Assembly: GCA_950097015.1 (NCBI GenBank)
Contig: CATNEN010000025.1
Coordinates: 7,068,001-7,132,000 of the forward strand
Length of the DNA stretch: 64,000 bases
Source: Macrostomum hystrix
Taxonomy: Eukaryota > Animalia > Platyhelminthes
Direction of reading: 5' to 3'
The notes below the pieces were generated by a model. It saw nothing but the letters and a program-made list of their open reading frames with translations. It made no database searches and was not told the DNA's origin. Positions 1 to 10,430 of this stretch are shown piece after piece. Numbering within the stretch: position 1 is the first letter of the stretch; every line of letters starts with the position of its first letter. The translations under genes and the position numbers were made by a program.

Positions 1-177
1 GCCTTCCATATTGCCAGTCTTCAGCGCCTCCTGAAAAATGGCCTTACCCTCGGCGCTACTGAACGCAATACAGTTGCTAGGCAACGGACGCCGATAAAAT
101 TGACTTGGCGAAGACGAAGATGGAGGCGGCCGGTCCCGCTGCAGCAGGTGCAGCATGGAGTTGGACTTGCGGTCCAT
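1..177 (-). CDS. PCS: Phytochelatin synthase (glutathione gamma-glutamylcysteinyltransferase), 5' end; gene continues off the left edge
   Basis: Manual translation from ATG at 177: MDRKSNSMLHLLQRDRPPPSSSSPSQFYRRPLPSNCIAFSSAEGKAIFQEALKTGNMEG. This matches the conserved PCS N-terminus (plant PCS1 type YRRxLP...FSSAEGKxIFxEAL..G.MEG). An acceptor (ttttccag) lies 13 nt upstream of the ATG. The catalytic Cys/His/Asp residues are outside the window. Confidence 0.88.
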   Translation of the reverse strand, partial: MDRKSNSMLHLLQRDRPPPSSSSPSQFYRRPLPSNCIAFSSAEGKAIFQEALKTGNMEG

Positions 178-520
178 TCAATTGCGCAGGCTGGAAAATA
201 ATGACGATATTACCCTTATCAGACTACCGACAACTAAACAGTAGTAACAAAGACGGCAACAAAAAACGCAAAAAAAGAAAAAAATACATGTTTTTATCTT
301 TCAGCATTGAGTTTTTTATGTATTGTATTTTTTAATCAAGCAAAATTAAACATTGATATAAATGTGATTTTGCGTGTGCTCTGTATAGAAAGAAAATTTC
401 TAACCAAATCGGAAACATTGAAGCCCTCCAGTCGGTACTCTATAGTAAATCACAATGTCATTTTACAAAATTAAATGCACATTGCACTACTAATAGTAGA
501 TTGGTTAGATTGCACAGTCA

Positions 521-3500
521 TCAATCCGCTGATGGCATGCAGCGCAGACGCTTAAAAGCGGCCTCCTCAAGCTTCTGCCGATGATCCGGGTGGGCCACGT
601 TGATGAGGTGATAGGCCCGCTGGCGTAGGTTCCTGCCCCACAGGTGGGCAACGCCGTGCTCAGTTACTACGTAGTGAACGTGGGCTCGGGTTGTAACTAC
701 GCCAGCGCCTAGAGGATGCGAAACGAGGCAAAAGAGAGGCTTAATGTAATATAATATCTAGGATAATATCCTTAACAACTTAGGCATCCAGAAGAATTTT
801 GGGATCTTTTCTGTGGTTTTGGAACACGGAAATCCCAACCTAAAGATCTGGGAAGATAGGAATTCCAACGTGAGGATCAGGGAAGATGGAAATTCCAACG
901 TGAGGATCTGGGAAGATGGGAATCCCAACCTGGGGATTTGGGAGAATGAAAATCCCAACCTAAGGATCTCGGATGATGGGAATTACAACGTGAGGATGTG
1001 GGCGAAAGGGAATCCCGAAACTGAGGATCTTGGAGAATGGAAATCCCAACCTGAGGATCTTGGAGAAGGGAAATCCCAACCTGAGGATATTGTAGAATGG
1101 AAATCCCAACCTCTGAGGATCCTTGAGAAGGGAAATCCCAACCTGAGGATCTTGGAGAACGGAAATCCCAACCTGAGGATATTGTAGAATGGAAATCCCA
1201 ACCTCTGAGGATCCTTGAGAAGGGAAATCCCAACCTGAGGATATTGGAGAATGGAAATCCCAACCTCTGAGGATCCTTGAGAAGGGAAATCCCAACCTTA
1301 GGATATTGTAGAATGGAAATCCCAACCTCTGAGGATCCTTGAGAAGGGAAATCTAAACCTAAGGATTTGGAGAATGGAAATCCCAAAATGAGGGTTTGAT
1401 GTCTCTCACTAATGAGACAAGTAAAAGCGGTTTAAAGAAACAGGCAGCCAGACTCACCCTCCCGCAGGTATGGCACAATCTTGCTGCTACCCTTTTTAGT
1501 CGCCGACTGCAGAGCGATAATTGGCACGCCGAGGCCGTCGCTGGACAGGGCGGCTCCGCGCATGAAGTCGATTTGGCCGCCAACACCGGAGTAGATGCGC
1601 GGCCCGATGGAATCACTGACTACCTGGCCTGTCAGGTCAATCTCTATGCAGGAATTGATGGCTGTCACTCGCGGATTCTGGCTGATGATTGACACCTGTG
1701 CAAGTTAGGATGGGTGAGGGAGTGAGGCGGCACTGCATCGTTGAAAATTTTTGTGAAGATCCTAGTTCTTTATTTAAAAAAATCCCAAAATCCCACTTTT
1801 ATTCTCGTAGATAATCCCGAAATCTACTTTTATTTCATAGAGATAATCCTGAAATCCACTTCTATTTTGATGGAGATAATCCTGAAATCTACTTTTATTT
1901 TAGTAGATAATCCCGAAATCCCACTTCCATTTTCGTGGAGATAATCCTGAAATCCACTTCTATTTTCGTGGAGATAATCCCGAAATCTACTTTTATTTTA
2001 GTAGATAATCCCGAAATCCCACTTCTATTTTTTTGTGACGATGATTCCGAAATCCCACAATTGAAACTTTGATTCCCATGAAAAAGTGTATTCAAATGAA
2101 GCGTAGTTAAACTAGCGCACCTTATTAACAAACTGAATGTCGCACAGCTCAACCATGGCATTTTCGTCAATAAAGTCGAACACCTTCTTTGTGCCGATAA
2201 CGAAGCCGCTGACAATCTTGCCCGGCCTGATACGCTTCAAAGCGTTGGTGATAGCGCCGCAGGCGGTGAGATCCACCACACCGTCCGAGAACATCTCGGT
2301 GTGAATACCTAGATTCTTGTGACCTCTAAGCGAGGCCAGCACAGCATCGGGAATGCTGCCTATGCCAGTCTGGAGTGTGGCGCCATCCTCAACCAGCTTC
2401 TCGGCTATCAGCTTGCCTATTTGTTGCTCTTGTGGATTAATACGCTTTGGAGGCATTTCGTGCAGCGGCTGTTCCATCTCGACCATGCAGTCGATGTGGG
2501 AACAGTGGATTGCCGAATCACCGCGGGTTCGAGGCAAATTCGGATTTACCTATTTGCGATTATTTTGTTTCGGGTTTAGAATGGAGGAAGTTTCTGATTG
2601 GTTAGGAGTCCAATCATTAGGGATAGATGGAGGACAATAATCTATTATATAAAGGTTTCTGATTGGCTAATTGTCCAACCAATAGGAATTGAAATGAAAT
2701 TAGGAAAAATTTTAAAAAGCTCATTGGCTAGGAGACGAACCAATAGAGTTTCAGATGATAAAGAGGATGTCAACTTAAGGCTCTAGTATGGAGCCCAAGG
2801 TCAATCCTCAAACCAAACCAAGCTGAAATCAGTAGCTATAAGAAACACCGAAAAATCTCACCCATTCCTTCCTATGGTACACTGGAGGATATCTGCAACC
2901 AGCTACTAATTTCAGTCCGTTTCGTTCGAAAATTAACCTCGTGCTCGATTTTAAAGCCTCCAGTTGACACGAAATCACCATTTTATCCCATTTATCCCCC
3001 GAAGGTACCATTGCAAGGATTGGGGTGAGATGTCTCGGCTTTTCGAGTCGTTTCTAGAGCCTTAAGTTGACAAACTTTAGCAGGTCCTAATGCAGCAGAG
3101 AAAAATAATGGACACCTCAGATTGGCTAGGTTAATGAAAGACTTATATCGGATCGTGCATTTGATGATGATACGATTGTTGTTTTTACAAGCCGTTAATT
3201 TCCTACCTGAGCGACAATAAATCGAGCATTCTGTATGGCCGCCCTTGCGCAGTCAACAGACGGTCCCAGACTGCAGAAGCCGTGCTTATCTGGCGGAGTG
3301 ACCATGATTAGAGCCAAGTCTAGCTTCACAGCGCCGCGCCGAAATAGCAGCGGAATCTCCGACAGAAATATTGGCGTAAAATCGCCGCGACCTTTGTCAA
3401 TAGCCTCGCGACAATTGGCCGATGTGAACAAAGAATTGCTGCGAAATACGCCTTGGCAAGCTTCGGCATTGTATGCAGCCGGACCCTCGGTGTGAATGTG

Positions 3501-3788
3501 CATCACGCTAACATTCTTCAGTTTGCGATTCATGCCAACTTTAACCATACTGTCTATTAGGTGATTAGGCGTAGCCGCTCCGCCGTGCACAAACACCTTC
3601 TGATTGGAGTCCAGGTGCTTCTCAAACACTTTGTCAGCCTCAATTTTAATTGGCAGCTTATCCGGTATGGGATGAAACGGTTCACCCTGAGCCTGAGCAT
3701 CAACATAATAGGCGCGTAGGAGAGCTCGGCCAGGATTTCTAGCCAGTTGGCCGGCAAGACAGCGAGACGCGAACAATGACGACAGCAT
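521..3788 (-). CDS. Acetyl-CoA hydrolase/transferase family protein (mitochondrial acetate:succinate CoA-transferase-like), 4 exons, ~478 aa
   Basis: Exons 3788-3207, 2549-2121, 1695-1458, 708-521; all GT-AG and phase-consistent (0,0,1). Motifs VFVHGGAATP, GIGSIPDAV, GIHTEMFSDG (catalytic Glu region), GQIDFMRGA, VVTTRAHVHYVVTEHG. The Arg/Ser/Leu-rich N-terminus looks like a mitochondrial presequence. Confidence 0.93.
822..1386. repeat. Minisatellite, ~30-bp unit (GGGAAATCCCAACCTGAGGATCTTGGAGAA), ASCT intron 3
   Basis: Tandem copies visible directly. Confidence 0.9.
1790..2050. repeat. Minisatellite, ~32-33-bp unit (GAGATAATCCTGAAATCCACTTCTATTTT...), ASCT intron 2
   Basis: Tandem degenerate copies. 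Confidence 0.85.
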
Positions 3789-3863
3789 GTGTGACTCTTG
3801 TATATATATATATATATTTATATATCCGTCCTATCTCTACCGTGGTATTTACAAAGCTAATAT

Positions 3864-3897
3864 CACAGATTCTATATTAGGTAATATAGAATCTGTG
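3864..3897. mobile_element. 34-bp collapsed MITE / transposon remnant
   Basis: Perfect 16-bp inverted repeat CACAGATTCTATATTA-gg-TAATATAGAATCTGTG, flanked by an exact 8-bp direct repeat GCTAATAT (3856-3863 and 3898-3905). Confidence 0.7.
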
Positions 3898-4596
3898 GCT
3901 AATATAGCTAATAAACACAGGATATCGTCTATGGTTCGAAGTGCTCTATAATTTGTACTTTTAATGCTAGAAGACCACATACTATACTAACTATAGGTAC
4001 TAAATAGTTAATTTTGTATCTGTGAGCCAGATTGATCGAGTCAAAAGTGAAACAGAGGCATAGACTACTCGAAGATAAATACAGATAAAATAAAGTATAC
4101 ACTTTTTCTATTACCTTCTGAACTGAATCAAAAAAGTGCTAATTTCAATTTATTGCGACTCGAATGTCTCAGACAGATTTATTGAGACTATAAAAAATAT
4201 TTTAGATAAGATATATATTACTAGTCCATTTTATTCAATTAATAGCAGCCTATAACAGAGAAGCTAGTAGATTATTATTGATAGGTTTAAACAAAAACTG
4301 CAAACTAAGTAAAATACTATTTATTCACTTAAACATAACCTTGGACTTTCAAATCCAATCAGAAGCAAAAAGCGGTGCTTTTAAACAAAAAATATGGATA
4401 GTTGTATAAAAATTGTATTAAGTAAAAATTTGTGTTTCGACTTAAAAAAAAGACTAGAGATCTTAAGGGATACTGCTGCCGTAAGGGAATAAGCTTTGAT
4501 TTAAGCGATAACAATAGTGTTTGCTATAAGTTCACTAAAGGATGAAGTCATAAAACAACACCAAAAATTCGTATAGTCGTACAGATGATCTTACAA

Positions 4597-7500
4597 TTAC
4601 TTCAGTCCATACTGCTCGATAAGTCGCTTAGCTAGCTCAACATACTGAACGCGGGCCTGCCCCTGATCAACACCTTTGTGCTGATTCCAGCTGTCCCATT
4701 TGGCCTTGCCTTTTGGGTCCAGTATGCCAGGCCTATCAATGTTGACATCACCGATTGTGGCCTGTTTGAAAAGGCTGTACAGTTCTAGCAGCTCTGAGTC
4801 TGTGGGACGGGACTTCAGATTCTTTATCTTTCCAGCATAGTCGTTGAATTCAGCCTAAGGTGACAAAAGAGTGAAATTCTTATACCTTCAGAAATTCCAC
4901 TAGACTAAACGGTCTACTGACAAAATTAGCATGGACGGTTTTCACACAATGCTAGGAAATTTAAGATTATTAGGTGAGGTGAGTCAGAAAGTGGTTTGCT
5001 TTTATTATTATTATTATTATTATAGCTAACTTAAGCAACTATGATAACTTATGTTTTTGTATTAGGAGAAAAGCTATGAATATTAAGCAATCTGATTAGA
5101 CACACAACAACACAAGCTTCAAAAACACACACTTCCACAAATTTGCTCAAATATTTGTAACTAGATGTATACAAGTAAACTAAAATAAAACCATTGTCAA
5201 TTTTCATTGTCAATGTGGGACATTGGCATAACTAGCCTTGTAAAAAAATCAGTGAAACCAAAATTGGGGTAAACAGTGTATTGGCTTGGTTGATTTAGGC
5301 ATATTAAACATAATATGTACTTCAAATCTTTAGTAAAAATGTTTGACATAATTAATATTTTTAGAATCAATATTTAGTAGGTGCTAGTCATTTTGTCAAC
5401 TGCCATTTTGTCAAATAGGTTGACAAAGTGACCAAGATGTATTTGTTGTAATTCTGACCATTCCAAATTACTACTGTATGTGCTACATCTTTGGGGCAGT
5501 ATAACTCCACAATTGCCTGGTCCTAAGCCCATAATGAGCAAGGAGGAGGGTATTGCTAAAAATTACAAGTACTTAAGGGACTGATTAGTACTTAAGACAA
5601 CGATTTATTCCATTAGTTATTTCATCTGTCCCATCCATACACTTATATATAGATGTGTAAATCGTGACCGTGATCCTAAATTGTGACATGTAAATCACAA
5701 GATAGATTGTGTGATGTATGCATACATGTACACTTATGCAAGACAAAATTTGGCAGATTGTATCCTACTTAACTCTCATTGGATTGGCTACCTAAGACAA
5801 TTACCTTTGTATAGCTTCTGCGTGAATTTGTGTGCTAAGGGCATAGTTGAAAAAGTGACCCATTCTATGGGTCTCCCATTAGGCTAGTTGACAAAGTGAC
5901 AAACTATCAAAGTCATTTTATAAAACCCTAGTTGACAAAGAGGCAGTTGACAAAATGACTAGGATCATCTTTAAGATGTATGATGAATTAATGAAATTTT
6001 AACAACAAATATATTGTATACAATATTAAAAGAGCAGTATATCACATTTTAAAACAATTTTCCATTGTTATTTCTTTTAGACACACAGGCATAACTGGCC
6101 TATCAGCGAAGCCATAGTCCGGATCATGTCATTCATACATGCACAACCTCCCAAATCTTAGCCAGCCTTGCAACTTAGTTTTTGCTCTCATTTGTGACTT
6201 AGTTCGTTTCATTGCTCTATTTACGACTTAGTTTGCTCTCATTTGCTCTCTTTTTCTCTCCCCTTTTTACTTTTCTTCACGCCTTCCTTTTTTGTCCCTT
6301 GGTCCCCCCTTTGATTTTTTTGCACTTGGTCAATTGGTTTTTGCGACTTACCTTGCTTGGCCCTCGTTTCACCCGGCCGGTTCGGCGGGGTCAGCAGGGT
6401 GTTGCGCATGTATGATGTCGTTTACGCCGGAGATCTCCGGCGTAAATCTAGTTTGGGATCGGAGACAGGCGTAATGCTTAGCGTAAGTATAGGCCAAAAT
6501 GTGCCTTGGCGTAAGTGCTTGGCATAAATACATGGCATAAATCAAGTGGCGTAAATGTTGGCACAAATGAGATCATTCACGATCAAATGTATCACTATAG
6601 AACATTTCACATTTGCGTTAATTATGATGTTAAAGAGCAGCATTAAAAACAAAGTTCATTCAAATATTGCAGTTTTTATATATGAGATAGCAGAATATAT
6701 AGTGTAGGAAAGCAAACGTTTTTTTAGCTTCAAGATGCTTACTTTGATTATTTATTCAGAATTTGCAACTTGTGAGATTTTTAAACAGTTGCAACTTCTG
6801 AATTTAAATCACCGATTAATTGTGAATCATCTATTCTATTCATCTATTGTTTAAGTAGAGGGCAGCAAGCAAGGAGGCCAATAAAAAGACATGGATTAAC
6901 AAGAATTGTGAGGGACCTTTTTTGGGTGGCGTAAGTCAGAGGGACCTTTTTTGGTTGGCGTAAGTCTGGCATAAGTGCCAAAAAATCTTGGATTTTTTCT
7001 CCGGCGTAAGTCCAGCATGATCCGGACTATGGCAGCGAAGCTATGGTCAGCTTCTTTTTTAATTAGTGAATGTTGGCATAGACTTTTTAAAGCTCAATTT
7101 TACTTTACGTGTAACCTAATGTTTCCCTAATGTTTCTCTGGATCCTAGACACTTTGTCATCTTACAACTTTGTCATCCACTTGGAAGGTAGGACACTTGG
7201 TCATCCAGCCAATCAGCATGCTTTAAAGTTAGGCCTAGGTCAGTTCGTCATCTACTAGGGCCTAATAACAAGCAATCTAGTTTGTCATCAATAAAGTGAG
7301 GGTGGGGTGGTGGGGCAGAGGTGTGAACACACTTCACACTCTAAATTGTCAAAAAGAGGTGTCGAAACTGATTTCATTATAAGAGTTGAAAGATAGGTGC
7401 CAACACGATGTGAGGAGGGGTGGGGAGGGGTGGTTCGGTTCTAACTTTTAAACCTTTGTTTTATAGATGACAAAGTGTCCACAAGTCTAAGTCTCTTCGT

Positions 7501-7847
7501 CATCCATCCTCTGAGATATTGGACAGATCATCATCTGGATGACGAAGTTGTAAGATGACGAAGTGTCCAGGTACCTGTTTCCCCCTCCCCAAGAAAAAGC
7601 AGGATCTGCCACTATGCTCACCTGACTCTTCCTGGCTATTATGTTATAAAAACTCTAAATATATACAAATAAAACGATCTAGATAGACGGTAGCATTTAA
7701 AACATAAAAAACTGTGAACATAAGGCTAAGCAAAAGCAATAACTATAGTCTTAAAAGCAAAAACAATAAATATATAATAGGCTAAAAGGCTACAGTTCCT
7801 TTGCCCAACAAGGCTGCGACATAGCCTTTGCTTACCTCAGTCGTCAT
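4597..7847 (-). CDS. ACBP: Acyl-CoA-binding protein (ACBP/DBI), 2 exons, 89 aa
   Basis: Exon 1 is 7847-7836 (MTTE|GTAAG). Exon 2 is 4854-4597: AEFNDYAGKIKNLKSRPTDSELLELYSLFKQATIGDVNIDRPGILDPKGKAKWDSWNQHKGVDQGQARVQYVELAKRLIEQYGLK*. It has the diagnostic LYxxFKQATxGD and KGKAKWDxW motifs, and the tiny first coding exon is typical of ACBP genes. The exon 1 assignment is less certain than exon 2. Confidence 0.92.
5380..5967. mobile_element. MITE (older copy) in the ACBP intron
   Basis: 21-bp perfect inverted repeat CTAGTCATTTTGTCAACTGCC (5384-5404) / GGCAGTTGACAAAATGACTAG (5942-5962), with repeated internal TTGACAAA motifs. No clean TSD. Confidence 0.6.
6112..7032. mobile_element. Non-autonomous DNA transposon (921 bp) with 17-bp TIRs and an 8-bp TSD
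   Basis: TIR CCATAGTCCGGATCATG (6112-6128) / CATGATCCGGACTATGG (7016-7032). TSD CAGCGAAG at 6104-6111 and 7033-7040. Many internal GGCGTAAG/GGCATAA motifs and a perfect 26-bp palindrome at 6421-6446. No transposase ORF. Confidence 0.85.
7140..7575. mobile_element. MITE with ~40-bp imperfect TIRs
   Basis: GGATCCTAGACACTTTGTCATCTTACAACTTTGTCATCCA at 7140 pairs with TGGATGACGAAGTTGTAAGATGACGAAGTGTCCAGGTACC ending at 7575. Candidate 9-bp TSD tgtttctct / tgtttcccc (7/9 match). Confidence 0.75.
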
Positions 7848-9501
7848 TTTAGCTGTCTAGTCTCAGTTTTTACTTGTTGTACAACGCGACAAACTGTAAG
7901 TTAGCAATTCTCGCTTTTTTCCCAATTGTTAAAAAACGGATTCTTAGAAAGTTCTAACACAATTTGCATATGAACTCTTATTTTACTCACAGGGTTAACA
8001 ATTTCAACAATTTAACAAAAAACTTTTTTTCTTTTGCTACAATGGACTTGAACTTGCGTTTCTTAGTTTTGACAAGAACAATACAACTTTTTAAACTCCT
8101 ATTTGCAGTTCAAAGTAAGAGGAATAAATAAAAACGACTAAGCTGTTCGCGGAAAAGTTTTGTATTGATTTATTGAATCAAGTGACTTATCTTGATATTT
8201 AAAGCATTATAATTTCTAATGCTTGATTTTTTTGTGGACCCGGGGTGTTCCTATAAACGCTGATGTGTGAACCAGTGGCCTACCGTGTCGTGTAGCTCTA
8301 TTTTAATTTGACAAAGACAGGAGTTGAATTTGACGTGTATACACCAATAGTATTGGCCGGTGAACAGAATTTCGTAGTTCCGTAGCTCATTTGTATCGCA
8401 TAAGTAGAATTCTAAGACAGATAGCGGAAAGTATTCTAACCAAAATTTTCGAGACAAACAAAAACGATTATACGTGACACAATGTATTTACTTATCCAAG
8501 GTTCGATAATTCGAACTGTATTTGAACTGTATTGGGTGTGGAATTGCAAAATGCGTACCTAAATTTATAAAGAAATTTCGATTCGATCGCATGGCTACCA
8601 GCTTGAAAATGATTATTTAAGGAGGACAATTACCACTTTTGCCTTTCTCCATCTATGCACAAATCTGCACAATAATCGACTGTTGGAAAATACTGCTTCA
8701 TTTGAAATTTTAAGACAGAAAATTTTCATAAAGCATGAAATTCGATCTCATTGACGTCAAACTCGCAGCGCAATGGTTTGATGGACTGTTCTCATGATGG
8801 GCAGCCTTAGCAGTTGTCACACTGGGTGCGGTGTATCGGTTTACAATGCTGCTGAAAGAAATTGCCGGATTTAATCCATCAAGGATACTTGTTATTTTCT
8901 CAGGCGAAAAATTTAACGAACAAAGGAAACTTTGTGCCCAAGCCATCCACAAAGTTTTCAGCTCAATGTTTAAGTAGAAAACAAGAGGTAACCGTGTCGC
9001 TGACAAAACCCTGTTTCAGAAGTCTAAGGACTAGCCACGCCTAAAACCTACCGACCACACCCACCTTTCATTGTCAGAGAATTCGGGTCCCTGTTATCCC
9101 AAAATTTTCCCTCGGTACTTTTTATCCGTTTTTGTCGATGGTCATTACCAATTGACTACACAATTTCTGGTAGTTTATCGTACAATGGCCTTCTACTCGT
9201 ATAGTTAGCATCCTATAGACGCAAAGCCATAGAAGTCCATATATAATCTTACTTATCTTACCATTGAGGTATAATAATATGATATGTTTCAAAAGCTGTT
9301 TTACTTTCAAGGCGTTATCTCACGGGCCAGCACAATGGACTATGCAAATATAGAAGTGAAATACAAAAGTAATATTGTAATATTCGTGTGTCCCCGTTGA
9401 AAATTAACCTTTAATGCTAAGTCTTGAAAAGTGATCAGAATCTCATAGAGGGCCATTTGACGTCGTATCTTCAGCGAGGTAACACACTTCTGCTGAGAAA
9501 T

Positions 9502-10200
9502 CTCCTATTCACCACCTTCCATGTCCTATTCCTCATCTTCCATCTCCTATTCACCACCTTCCATGTCCTATTCCTCATCTTCCATCTCCTATTCACCACC
9601 TTCCATGTCCTATTCCTCATCTTCCATCTCCTATTCACCACCTTCCATGTCCTATTCCTCATCTTCCATCTCCTATTCACCACCTTCCATGTCCTATTCC
9701 TCATCTTCCATCTCCTATTCACCACCTTCCATGTCCTATTCCTCATCTTCCATCTCCTATTCACCACCTTCCATCTCCTATTCACCACCTTCCATGTCCT
9801 ATTTCTCATCTTCCATCTCCTATTCACCACCTTCCATGTTCTATTCCTCATCTTCCATCTCCTATTCACCACCTTCCATGTCCTATTCACCACCTTCCAT
9901 CTCCTATTCACCACCTTCCATGTCCTATTCCTCATCTTCCATCTCCTATTCACCACCTTCCATGTCCTATTCACCACCTTCCATGTCCTATTTCTCATCT
10001 TCCATCTCCTATTCACCACCTTCCATGTCCTATTCACCACCTTCCATCTCCTATTCACCACCTTCCATCTCCTATTCACCACCTTCCATCTCCTATTCAC
10101 CACCTTCCATCTCCTATTCCTCATCTTCCATCTCCTATTCCTCATCTTCCATGTCCTATTCACCATCTTCCATCTCCTATTCACCATCTTCCATCTCCTA
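9502..10200. repeat. Pyrimidine-rich minisatellite, 21-bp unit in two alternating variants
   Basis: TCCTATTCACCACCTTCCATG / TCCTATTCCTCATCTTCCATC. Confidence 0.93.
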
Positions 10201-10430
10201 TTTCTCAACTTCCGTCTCCTTTTGCTCGCCCTACATTCCATATTAGCTCGTAGTATTTCTTTCCCTAGCAACAAGAAATCTCAGCAAGACAACAGCCAAT
10301 CGTGTTCCATCTAAAGAGAGATTTACGATGAAATATAAAAGGCAAATGGACGCGGACTTGAAACTGCAAGATCGGTAACAGCCTCTTAAATCTCCGGACA
10401 CTGCAAGCAGCACAATCAAGGACCCGCTGG

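Noticed and set aside
105-335. Plus-strand 76-aa ORF
   Set aside because: Overlaps the PCS start and the A-rich intercistronic spacer on the opposite strand; no recognisable domain.
2580-2760. Three inverted ATTGG/CCAAT pairs in ASCT intron 1 as an enhancer
   Set aside because: Short, common motifs in a degenerate repeat-like stretch; no way to support function from sequence alone.
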